Shown here: positions 25,836-38,005 of the stretch, piece by piece
Position numbering within the stretch: position 1 is the first letter of the stretch
How the letters are laid out: the number at the start of each line of letters is the position of its first letter
Assembly: GCA_951406725.2 (NCBI GenBank)
Contig: OX597839.1
Span: 18,166,001 to 18,230,000, forward strand
Source: Octopus vulgaris
Lineage: Eukaryota
Length of the DNA stretch: 64,000 nucleotides
Reading direction: 5' to 3'
The notes under the pieces: model-generated
Told to the model about the DNA's origin: nothing
Databases searched by the model: none
What the model saw: only the letters and a program-made list of their open reading frames with translations
Program-made: the position numbers and the translations under genes

Positions 25836-26654
25836 AAAAAATAACAGACGTGTGTATGTGTGTGTCTCATCATCATCATCATCATCTTTTTATATTCCGC
25901 TTCCATTCTGGGATAGGTTGCTGGTTTGTCAGAAACCAACAGGTTAGTGGATGGGTGGAGGCAATCACTGTGTCCAAGGACTGTGTCATACTTGTGTGTG
26001 TGTGTGTGATTGATTTATATACTATAGTGAGCTATGCTAACAGATAGTGATGTCACAGCATGTAGCAAGGCTCTAACTGGTGACACATGTTGACATTTCT
26101 TGTCAACGCATCAGCTGCTAACTCTGAGCTTCCACATTTGGGATGGAATTTAAAAAAAATTCCTTTTCTGGATAAGCAGGAAAGGGTTGATAAAATGAAG
26201 AGCATCTTGTTGTATAAACACCTTGCCTGAAGTACCTTGCTGTGTAACCCTTTCCAGCACCAAAAAGCAGATGTTAAATGTGGGTGTGTTTGTGCATGAG
26301 AGGCAGAGAGAGAGAGAGAGAGAGAGTATTTCTTTATTCACCATAAGGTTGAGAAAAAGAGGGGACAATACGGGGGGGGGGGCAGACAAAACAAACGTTG
26401 GGGGTCAGGGTATGAATAAACAAACAATTAAAATATATACAATTAAATGAGAGGCGTTTGTGTTTGCCTCTCTCCACTTGATAACCAGTATTATGTCCTT
26501 GTAACTTAGGGGTTCATTGATAAAATAATTACCACATGCTTAAAATTACTTTGATAAACTAAACTCTTTTTGGCAGTGCTCCAGCATGGACGCAGTCCAA
26601 TGAATGAAACGAAAGGTTAAAACAATTATCTTTTATATCTTTTTACCTCTTACC

Positions 26655-27456
26655 TTTTCTTTGTTTCAGTAATTAAACTGTGGCAATGCTGGGGCACCAT
26701 ATTGAAGAATACTACATATTTTTCTTTTAAAGCCTGGTACTTATTCTATTAGCCTCTTCTGCCAAACTGCTAAGTTACAGGGATATAAACACCAACAGTG
26801 GTTGGTTGTCAAGGAGTGATGACGGGCAAACACAGACACAAAGACACACTCACATACACGACAGGCTTCTTTCACTTTCCATCTACCAAATACAATCACA
26901 GAGTTTTGGTTGGCCTGAGGCTAAGGTAGAAGACACTTGCCCAAGTTGCCACGTGTTGGGATTGAACCCGGAACCATGTGGTTGGGAAACAAGCTTCTTA
27001 TTACACAGCCACATCTGCGCCTATATATATATATATATTCTTTTATTCTTTTACTTGTTTCAGTCATTTGACTGACCATGCTGGAGCACTGCCTTAAAGG
27101 GTTTTAGTTGAAGAAATCGACCTCAGGACTTACTTTTTGTAAACCTAGTACTTATTCTATCGGTCTCTTTTGCCAAAATGCTATGGTATGAGGGACATAA
27201 ACACACCAACATGGGTTATCAAGCAATGGCGGGGGCGGGGGACAAACACAGACACAAATAAAAAATACACACACACACATACATATATATATACAACAGG
27301 CTTCTTTCAGTTTCTGTCTACCAAATCCACTCACAAGGCTTTGGTCGGCTCGAAGCTATAGTAAAAGGCACTTGCCCAAGGTATCACACCATGGGACTGA
27401 ACCAGGAACCATGTGGTTGAGAAGCAAGCTTCTTAGCACACAGCCATGCCTGCGCC
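26655..27456 (-). mobile_element. Two tandem SINE A copies (~26655-27021, ~27045-27456)
   Basis: Each runs from cttgtttcagt...atgctgg to cacagcca...ctgcgcc on the plus strand. Confidence 0.85.
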
Positions 27457-28047
27457 TATATATACATGTGTGTGTGTGTGTGTGATGTGTTAAAGAGTCT
27501 CATTGCTAATTTATGCCATTGGATGACTAGGCTCTGTGTATTTGTATATTAGTACCTTTGTACATGGCATGTATATCTATGAACAGATGTGTACGCATGT
27601 ATGTGTTTATGTGAGCATGCGCATGTATGTATGGGTGTGCATGGGTGTGGCCTTTCTCCTCATCTCCCAGGATGATGGAACTGCTGATCACATTGGTTTG
27701 GCTTCACAAATGAGCGATGCTGGTGTATATATGTGTATGCATACATGTGTGTGTGTGTATGTGTGAGAGGCAAGTGGACTGTCTACATTACAGCTTTGGG
27801 TATAGAGTGGCGTGGTATGTAAGGTGTATACCAACACATACATACACTCACACACACACGCCAAATGCACTTTACACACGTTATACCCCCCCCCCCCCCC
27901 CCCATGCACATGATATACATCACTCAGTACACTCCACCCACTCGCATACACACACACACACATATATATATATATACACACACAATTATTGAAAGTACTT
28001 TTCAAAAAAAATTGCTTTGACAGAACTACTACCAATCAGTTCTTTGT

Positions 28048-28097
<50 letters not shown>

Positions 28098-29756
28098 GTT
28101 GCTCTTTCTGTCTCACCCTCTTTATTCTTCCCCTTCAATCTCTCCTCTTTCCAAATCTCTCTAACTCTCTCTTCCTGTCTCTATCTTTATCTCTTCTTGT
28201 CACTCTCTCTCTTCTCCATCATTTTCTCTCTCTCTCTCTCTCTGCTCTCCCTTATTCTCACTCTTTCTTCTCTACTTTCTCTTTTGTCCTCTCGCTATCC
28301 CTCCCTCTCAATCTTTATCTCCCCCACACTATTTACCTCTTTTCTTTTCTCTCTCTCCTCTCCCTCCCTCTTTTCTCCTCATGCTCTCCTTCTCCTTCTT
28401 GCTCTCCCCAATCTCTCCACATGATGCAATGACTTATGTAAATTTATCGTTCCCTCCCTTCACCCTTCTCTCCCCTCTCCCAACAGTTCCTCCCCTCCCT
28501 CAGCCTCCCACCCTTTTATGAATCATCAGTCGTCGGAGCAACTTATTGCAACAGTTTTGTTAGTCATTGCTGTTGTTGTTCTTATTGTTGTTGTTATATC
28601 GGATGTTGGTCAGCTGACTTGTCTCCAGACCAATCATCCATGCTGCCGTTACCGTTATCTTCATCATCATCATCATAATCATCCTCATCATCATAATCAT
28701 CATTTTCGTTATGATCATGCTATTCACTTCGTCATCAGCATCATAATCACCAGCAATTGTGTTTTCATCTTCATCATTGTCATTGTCATCGTCTTCGTCA
28801 TCATCATCATCATCGATGGTGTTGTCTTCGTCATCATCTTTGAAAACAATGTAAAGATGGTTTTGTAGAGAACAAGTGTAGTGTAGCAATGTTTTTGTAG
28901 AGTGTTACCTCTACACTATTCTCTCTACACTTTTTCTACAACACTCTCCCTACTCTACACTCTTCTCTACAACACTCTCTACTTTACACCATTCTCTACG
29001 AGCTATCCCTTCACAGTTCTCACAACATCTCTACCCTGTTTTCAACAACACCTCTCTACTCTATGCTATTCTTTACAACACCCTTTCTTCTCAGTACTTA
29101 TTTCTTTACTACCCACAAGGGGCTAAATACAGAGGGCGATAAACAAGGACAGACAAACGGAGTAAGTCGATTACATCGACCCCAGTGCTTAACTGGTACT
29201 TAATTTATCAACCCCGGGAGACAAAATACGGCTATGCATTTCACCCGGCGTGCAAATGTTTCTGCCAGCTCACCGCCTTTCTTCTCAATACTGTTTTCTA
29301 CAACGCCTTCTCTATACCATTCTCTATAATACCATCTATCTCTACTCTTTTCTCTACTTTTCCCTCAACAACACCCTGGTCTCCAATGTTTTCGACCCTA
29401 CTCTCTGGTCCGAATCTTTTCTCTATAATATCCTATCAACTCTACATATCTCTGAAGATCTTTTCCAAGTTCTGTAGACTCATAGGGTCAGTCTCTGTAG
29501 CTCATATATTCCCTCCTGGGCAGGACGCCGGACCATTGCAGGATTATCCATTTTTGCCAACTGAGTGGACCAAAGTAACATGAAATGAAATGTTTTGCTC
29601 AAGAACACAACGCATAACCCAGTCCAGGAATCGAAACCACAATTTTATGATCGTGAGTCAAGCACCCTAACCACTAAGCCATGTATCTCCACTCTACATA
29701 TCTCTACTCTCTACAAATGTTACTGACTCTGTTACACACACACACATACACATATA

Positions 29757-29909
29757 CAGTGATGGCCAAAAGTTTGGAACATAGGTCTGAAAATTAGGAT
29801 TTTTATATTAAATGCCCAAATATATACAATCTATATATTTGAATCGAATTGTACTTGGGCATAATAATTTTATTTTTTTTTAAATGTTCCAAACTTTTGG
29901 CCACAACTG
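29757..29909. mobile_element. Tc1-type MITE
   Basis: 26-bp TIRs cagtgatggccaaaagtttggaacat / atgttccaaacttttggccacaactg; TA on the left, TG on the right. Confidence 0.85.
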
Positions 29910-30191
29910 TGTAAAAAGCATCCAGGCTACACTGTAAGGTGGTTGGCATTTGGAGCAGCATCCAGCCATAAAAATCATACCCAAACTGACCTCGCCTGTA
30001 CTGGTGCCACATAAAAAGCACTCAGTCCACTCGGCGGAGTGGTTGGTGTTAGGAAGGGCATCCAGCTGTGAAAACCCCTACTAAAACAGACACAGTAGCC
30101 TGGGGTAGTCTTCTACTTGGCTGGCTCCTATCAACCGCCCTACACATGCATGCATGGAAGATGAACATTAAACGATGATGATGATGATGAT
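29910..30191 (+). mobile_element. SINE family C with duplicated head
   Basis: Two ggttgg..tt.g..g..gcatccagc motifs, then catggaagatgaacattaaacgatgatgat. Confidence 0.7.
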
Positions 30192-30579
30192 GTGTGTGTG
30201 AGATCATTGCAGTACAAGTCTTCTCCATGTATGTTGTCAGCTTCTTCCTCTCACTATTCACTTTGGCTCCCATTCTTTATTGCTCTATATTATTCTTTTT
30301 CAGTGCATTCTTTCATTCTCTTAATTTTCTTAATCTCTTACATTCTTATTCATTACTCTTGAACAACTGATTTCCTCTTTCTCCAGCTCTCTCTCTCTCT
30401 CTCTCTCTCTCTCCTCCCTCATTTTTATCCCTCCATTTCCAAATTATGTTAACTTTATGCACCACTACCTGTACTAGCCGGAATCTTTGTCTGCAAACAT
30501 TTCTCCTGTCTACTATGTCACATCTTTGATAACAAAAGTCTGTGACAATAGGAAGTTTAGTTCCTGAGATTGTACGCGT

Positions 30580-30613
<34 letters not shown>

Positions 30614-31572
30614 TTGTTAGTTTCAGGTCACCGAAAAATGTTGATTTCTAATTTATTGATTTTTGTTCTTCTTAAAGTTACTTTACGCAGATATAGTTTA
30701 ATACTTTGAAACAGTTCCATAGTATAGCAATGTGGCCTGGACAATAGGAAAAAAAATTATTCAAATTCGTTAGGCATAAAAATAAACAGTGGCTCCAAAT
30801 TTTGTCTCAATGTCAGCAATTTTAGGGGGAGTGGGTTCAGTCAGTTGCATTGCTCCCCAGAACTCAGGTGGCACTTACTTTATTGACTTCGAAAGAATGA
30901 AAGGCAAAGTCTACCTCAGCAGAATTTGAACTGGGAATGCTGCCTAGCATTTCGTCCAGCATGCTAACCATTCTGCCAGCTTCCCACCTTACAGAAAATA
31001 ATGACTGACTGTTGCAAGACTGAAGACATCCGCAGCTAATAGCTCTAGTAAAATAAGCAGTTCCTTCCCAGGTTATATAAACTCATAGGGCTGGTTTCCC
31101 AGTTTCATGGTGTATATATTCCCACCTGGACAGGATGCTGGTCCATTACAGGATTACTCATTTTTCCAGTTGAGTGGACTGGAGCAATGTGAAATGAAGT
31201 GTTTTGCTCAAGAATACAATACACTGCCCAGTCCAGGAATTGAAACCACAATCTAGAAGTCATGAGTGCAACATCCTAACCATTAGCTGAGTGGACTGGA
31301 GCAACGTGAAATGAAGTGTCTTGCTCAAGAACACAACACGTCAACCAATCCAACACACACACCAATGCTTTTTATGTGGCACCTTGGTTTTAGGATTTCA
31401 GTTCTGTTCTGGTGCGTGGGTCTTCTATGGGTTTAAATATGTCTCTGGCATATTTGAACTGGACACAACTTTATGATTGTACACATAACTGTTTAGTGCT
31501 TCTAATTTGTTTTTTACTATGGCCAGGCCTCTGATTAGCACAACCAGTCACAGTACTTTGATTGGAATGTAT

Positions 31573-32201
31573 CAACCCTTTCGATACCAACCCAGCTGGA
31601 ACCACCTCTGGCTCTGTAGTACAAATGATTTGTTTTCAAAAGTTTTGAATTAAAATCTTCCAACAAACCTTAGTCACAATTTATGTTCCTAACACTAGCT
31701 TAATGATAACTAAGTTATTTTACTAAATTCTTTGTTATATTTTAAATTAATTGAAATAAACACAGAGCATCTCAACAGAAATATGGTAGCAAAGGGCTTA
31801 AGGTCTTTCAAGTATTGGTTTGGTTTCCATGTCTGGAATTTCTGCTCTAAATCATCATTGTTGTCGTCATCATTGTAAAAGCAGAAAGGGAGAACGAAGT
31901 TTTCATATGAAACTGAAGTTTCTAGTCTCTGGACATCTTAATTTCTTTTTTTATGTTTAGTTGTTGCCAATTTAACCCTTTTGATACCAACCCACCTGAA
32001 ACTACCTCTGGCTCTGTAGTACAAATGTCTTCTTTCCAAAAGTTTTGAATTAAAATCTTCCACCAAGCCTTAGTCACAATTTATGTTCCCAACACTAGCT
32101 TAATGATAACTAAGTTATTTTACTAAATTCTTTGTTATATTTAAAATTAATTGAAAGAAACTAAGAGCATCTCAAAATAAATATGGTAACAAAAGGGTTA
32201 A
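31573..32201. mobile_element. Two piggyBac-type MITE F copies (~31573-31801, 31972-32201)
   Basis: ttaacccttttgatacc...ggtaacaaaagggttaa; homologous to 12884-13111 (inverted) and 40392-40619. Confidence 0.88.
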
Positions 32202-32698
32202 GAGAGGAACCCGGTCTCTTGTCATTTTGGAGCACCTCTCTTTCCAGTCTTCACTACTGAAAAGGAGATAACTTCTCTGAAATGCATGCATCCATCAATC
32301 TGGGTAGAGGGTGCTACAGACTGATTTGGTGTAATGACACATTTTATGTACAGTAACAAGTTTTCTCCATAACAGAATGCAGTGAATGGCTTTCTTACAA
32401 GTTTGAACATGCCGCAAGCATATTTAAACTGGTAAACAAGTTTATAAAAACATTCAGCTTTGGACATGATTGTATTATCGTTATTAAGATCAGCATTGAA
32501 GGCAGTTAGCTGGCAGAATCGTTAGTATGCTGGGCAAAATACTTAGCAGCATTTCGTCCGACTTTATATTTTGAGTTCAAATTTCACCATGGTTGACTTT
32601 CCCTTTCACCCTTTCAGGGTCGATAAAATAAGTACCAAAGACATAAATAAATACAGGTATATTAAATACCATACAACAAAGATTCTTGAACCATTGTT

Positions 32699-32922
32699 CC
32701 TTTAGCATTTAAACCAGCCGTATCCAGCCAAAATATTTTACCTGTTTTTATGCTCATGCTAGCTAGATCTAGCCTCTCATGCCTAGCCTACATTGTCATT
32801 CTAAAAATATATAATCACATCATTGAAATCTTGAAGTTATGAGATAATGCATGATTAATTCAAAACAATGTTAATATATAAGCATTACATTTGACAGAGT
32901 AATCTGACTGCTAAAGGGTTAA
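32699..32922. mobile_element. piggyBac-type MITE E
   Basis: cctttagcatttaaacc...tgctaaagggttaa; homologous to 56614-56842. Confidence 0.8.
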
Positions 32923-32942
32923 AATCATTTCTGTCTTTAGAG

Positions 32943-33793
32943 CAGTGTTTCACAATCATTTTGTACCTATGGACCCCTTTGATAGCTATTATACACAAGA
33001 GGACCCTCAAAGCCATTCAATGTTTGAAAAAAAAATGAAAACATTATCCCATTATATTTTTATAATTGAATATTAATAAAAATTGTATTTAAAAAATTAT
33101 TAAAACATTTTGTGTATTGTGGATGTATAACCAATTTATTACTTATAAACTTTAACCACAAAACCTCATATGGACCCCTTAGAGTCATGTGGACCCCAGT
33201 TGAGAACCATTGCTCTAGAATAGGGGTTCTCGACAATTTTTTTATCTATGGACCCCTTTGGTTACTGTTTCATTCTGGTGGACCCCAATAACCATTCTAT
33301 GTTTTAGATATAGATACTTCTTTTAAAATTTCTATTTTGTTTTTCACATATTATCTTGTGTATGTTGAACTACGTAAAATGTCAGAGAAAGAAACCTACC
33401 TGTTTCTTGCAGTACATACCAATACATACATCTACAGCAAAATTTCTTCAGGTTCTCAACCATTTTTTACCTATGGACCCCTTTGATTACTATTTTATTC
33501 TGGTGGACCCCCATAGCCTTTGATGTTGAAAAACTAGTTTTATAGAAACTTCTTTAGAAATTCCTATTTTGTTTGTCACCCATTAACTTGTGTAGGTTGA
33601 ACTATGTAAAGCATTAAAGAAAAAAACCCAGCTGTTTCTTGCAATACATACCAATACATAAATCTAAAGCATAATTTCTTCAGGGCCCTCAAAAAAACTG
33701 TTGTGGATCTACAATTTATATTTTGTTTTGTGGATCCCCAAAAATTTTATATGGACCTTCAGGGGTCATATGGACCCTGGTTCAGAACCACCG
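32943..33793. mobile_element. Head-to-tail hAT-type MITEs (32943-33212; 33221-33793 with internal duplication)
   Basis: Separated and flanked by 8-mers ctttagag (32935-32942), ctctagaa (33213-33220) and ctctagag (33794-33801). Confidence 0.8.
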
Positions 33794-34190
33794 CTCTAGA
33801 GAATGTATTTGACGCTTTAAGTGGGTCAGGAGACCACATCTCACATATACATCCCGTTTTGACATGTTTCGAGAGAATTAGATATACCACCATTGGTTAC
33901 TCTGATACTATAGCTTCAAAAGATTGAGTGACAGAACATTAGGCGTCTGAAGAGCTTTGCAAAATATAAACTACATTTCGTGAATTAATAAGGATCTAAT
34001 GAGATGTGATTTTATGATTTAATGAATTTGCTGGCCTTCGTCTCACTAGTATCCAAAAGTGAAAGCCATTTGACCATTGCTGATGCATAAGATTTCTGAC
34101 ATTGGAGACTAACCTCTTTAGGAAATCAAAGATGTCACTGGAAAAGACATCCATTCCTGTCATTTTGATGGTCTCCTCTCTATATGTTAA

Positions 34191-34236
<46 letters not shown>

Positions 34237-34766
34237 TTCATCCTCTGCATTACTCTTCTTACCTCCTTCTCCTGTCCCCTTCTCTCTATTTCTGTCTCTC
34301 CCCTCTCTCTTTGTCTCTCTCTCATTCTCATTCCTCTTTCCATCCCCTCTTTACTCCTCTTTCTCTTTCTCTCCCTCTCTTTGTCTCTCATTCTCTTTCC
34401 TCTCTTCTTCCATCCCCCTCTTTACTCCTCTTACCTCCTTCCCCTGTTCCTCTTCTCTCTCTCTCTCCATCCCCCTCCTTACTCTTACCTCCTTCCCCTG
34501 TCCTCAACTCTCTCTTTCTCTCTCACCCTCTCTTTCCCTTTCCTTCTCCACCCCCATTCTCTCCTGCTCTCCCTCTCACTCATTTGTTAAACACTACACT
34601 CCAAGCACCTTTTCTCTACATATAACTCTTTATAAAGACACTTACACACTTCTTCTTATTCCTTCTTTATTTTCCATCGGCACAATTATGCGATTGATTG
34701 ACTGATTAATTAATCAATTGAATGGATGCTTTCCACTCCACCCACATTTATCAGATATATATATAC

Positions 34767-34798
<32 letters not shown>

Positions 34799-37077
34799 AT
34801 GTTCCTGTTTTTAATAGAAACAGTATATATTGTTGCTTAATTACATCTATGTTTTCCATCTGTCTTGTATTGTTTTATGACCCACTTTCTCTCTCTGTCT
34901 GTCTGTCTCTCTCTTTTCTTTCCCCTCTCACACATATCTATATATACACATCACACAAACACACACACATTCTTGCATATATACAACTCCACACAGTTCT
35001 TTCTCTCTATTCCTCTTCCACTCTCTCTTTCACTGTATATACATATATATATACGTGCATCTACATACATATATATATATGTATGTGTGTGTGTGTGTTT
35101 CTCTCTCTCTACATATATATGTATGTATGTTTGTATGTATGTATGTATGTATGTATACACCTGCTCACATAATCCAAATGCACACATAAGTCCCCCCATT
35201 TCTTTCTCTCTTTCCCTGTCCCTTCACCTCTCATTTTCTCTCTCTCTCTCTTTCTCTCTCTCACTCTCTCCCTCTCTCTTCCCTGTACACACTCACACCT
35301 ACATGTATACACACACACCTACACGTGTATGTGCGCACAAACACGCAAAACCACCTACACCTTTCCCCCCCTCCTCCACCACACAGAAAAACCAACCGCC
35401 CACCCTCCCTCCCTTCCTTCCCGCTGAAGTACATACATTATTATATCTCTTAAGCATCTGATTTTGTTCGTCTCAATAGTTCCTTCCCCCTTTCTCACCA
35501 TCACTTTCACTTTCACTCTTGCTCTCTCTCACCTACATCTTCGATCATCATACCAATCCCACCACCACCACCATTGTTACCGCCAACAACAACAGCATCA
35601 ACAACAACACCGATTCTCCATACTGCTTCCAGGTTTGATTTTTCTGTGGTAGAACATTCCAGGCGCATTCTAATCTCATAATGTGTTTTGCTTGCTTATT
35701 TCCATTACTGATGTTTCTGCCTTTTTAACTTTTAATTGATGTTTCACGCTGCTTCTTGCTACTTCGGTGCAAAAAAATAAACCTGCGCTACCACTAACTA
35801 CCACTGTCACCGCCATCACCATCATGTCCCCCACAACCACCACTGCTGCCACCACCACCACCACCATCAACGCTACCAATGACAATATCATTACAACCAA
35901 CACGACTATTCTACCAATGTTACTTCTAACAATCAGCCACCACCACTACCACTACCACCTCAACTACTACCACAACTACAACTATCACAATCACACCACC
36001 ACCACTACAACTCCTACAACCACCAACACCACAACCACCTACACCACAACCACCAACACCACAACCACCAACACCACAACCACCAACACCACAACCACCA
36101 ACACCACAACCACCAATACCATAACCACCAACGCCACAACCACCACCACAACTACAACCACCACCATTAGCCATCGCTATTATCACTGCTGACATATAAT
36201 CACCATCAGCATCATCATTATAGCATCACAACTGTCCATTATACCACAATTCTCACCCCCCTCTCCATATCTTCCACCATACCATCAAACCATCATATGC
36301 TTCCATCTCCTCCATCTGCCATTCCATTATTTCCATTCACCAGAACACCATCTTCGTTTAATATACCATAATCACCTCCATTCTTCATACCATCACTCCT
36401 ACCACTGTCCAGCTTTCAACCAGTCAACATACTGTCAATTACAGACCATACCACCATCATTATCACCACCACCATGCTACTATCATCTCCACAACTCCCA
36501 TCACAACCATCATCTCTGAGACCACCACTGTATTCATTCATTACATCGTCACCACCACCATCTCCAGTTTCTATCATTTTACCATCCACCATACCATCAG
36601 CTTCACCCACCATAAACCATACCACCACCACCACACCAATTCCGAGCCACCAAAAATAGGGCTTCTGTGCCCATCAGTTAAACTGCTATAAACAGCTGGG
36701 AAATTTTCTCTCAATCACACCATATCCCTTTTTAGAAAAGGACACATTGAATAATGTAATCTCAGATACATTATGCCAGTAGAAAAAAAAGAAAAGCAAG
36801 AAACAGATATGTGTGGAATGTCTTTGATCATAAGTCTACCCAATCACACCCAGAATTATGGATAGACATTATCACATCACCATTACCAACTTGCAGCCAT
36901 TGTCGCCATCCCTAGCAGCCCACTACCATTCTGGAGCACTGCCATGTATGCAAACATATGCATGTGTGTGCGTACATGCATAGACACATATTCATTCTTA
37001 TGAAACCAGTTTCATAAGTACAATACACGAAACTTTCATCCATTGAATCACTTATGTCACTTCAGACACATACACAC

Positions 37078-37111
<34 letters not shown>

Positions 37112-37112
37112 A

Positions 37113-37287
37113 TAGGGGAAATTCACGAAAAAAAACAAAAGACAAAGACAGGTGGTGTAGAAAACAAACAGATGTATTAGTATAACGCTCAGGAATTGAA
37201 AAAGTCTTTTACATTTCGAGCCTATGCTCTTCCACAGAAAGAAACAAGGAGAGAAAAAAAATGTGTGTAGTGGCTACCTAGCTATCA

Positions 37288-37288
<1 letters not shown>
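37113..37288 (-). mobile_element. Penelope-like/retrozyme-type fragment with degenerate hammerhead core (copy 3)
   Basis: Reverse complement of 37207-37240: ttt-CTGTGGA-a-gagc-atag-gctc-GAAA-tgta-aaa, then ttcctgagc as in copy 2; lies between (TG)n and (TA)n; partial homolog at ~4273-4340. Confidence 0.6.
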
Positions 37289-37370
<82 letters not shown>

Positions 37371-37761
37371 GTACAGGCATGGCTGTGTGGTAAGAAGCTT
37401 GTTTCCCAACCATATGGTTCCAGGTTCAGTTCCAATGTATGGACCTTGGCCAAGTATCTTTTACTCTAGCCTCAAGCCAGCCAAAGCCTTGTTAGTGGAT
37501 TTGATAGACAGAAACTGAAAGAAACCTGTCATATATGTGTGTGTTCATGTGTTTGTGTTCGTCCCCCACCACTGCTTGGTAATTGTGTTGTGTTTACATC
37601 TTCACAACTTAGTGGTTCACCAAAGAGATCGATAGAATAGAACCAGGCTTAATTCAGGTCAATTTATTTTACTAAAAATTCTTCAAGGCCACGGTGCAAT
37701 AACTGAAAATGAGTAAAAAGATATTTATATATATTTGTTATATGTATATATATATATATAT

Positions 37762-38005
37762 TACGGAGATGTACTCGCATAGCAAGTAATTTGATCTGAG
37801 ATCGTGTGCTGAAACGAAAACAATTGTAGCGTGGAAGGTGTTTATAAGCCATTTAAGAAACACACAAAAGCCGTTCGATTCACTTCAACATTTAAGTTTA
37901 ATTTGTCAAAATATTTTCGTCAAATTAAACTTAAATGTTGAAGTGAATCGAACGGCTTTTGTGTGTTTCTTAAATGGCTTATAAACACCTTCCACGCTGC
38001 AATTG
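37762..38005. repeat. (TA)n-embedded fold-back element with 85-bp arms
   Basis: Arms 37821-37905 and 37921-38005 are reverse complements with one mismatch; 15-nt spacer; a non-inverted homolog of 37763-37895 is at ~12755-12887. Confidence 0.92.

Noticed and set aside
26085-26107. Small hairpin gttgaca-tttct-tgtcaac as a miRNA candidate
   Set aside because: Stem is far too short and does not extend; no match to a miRNA I recognise.
32222-32467. 81-aa minus-strand ORF in unique sequence
   Set aside because: No motif or homology recognised; length is within chance expectation.
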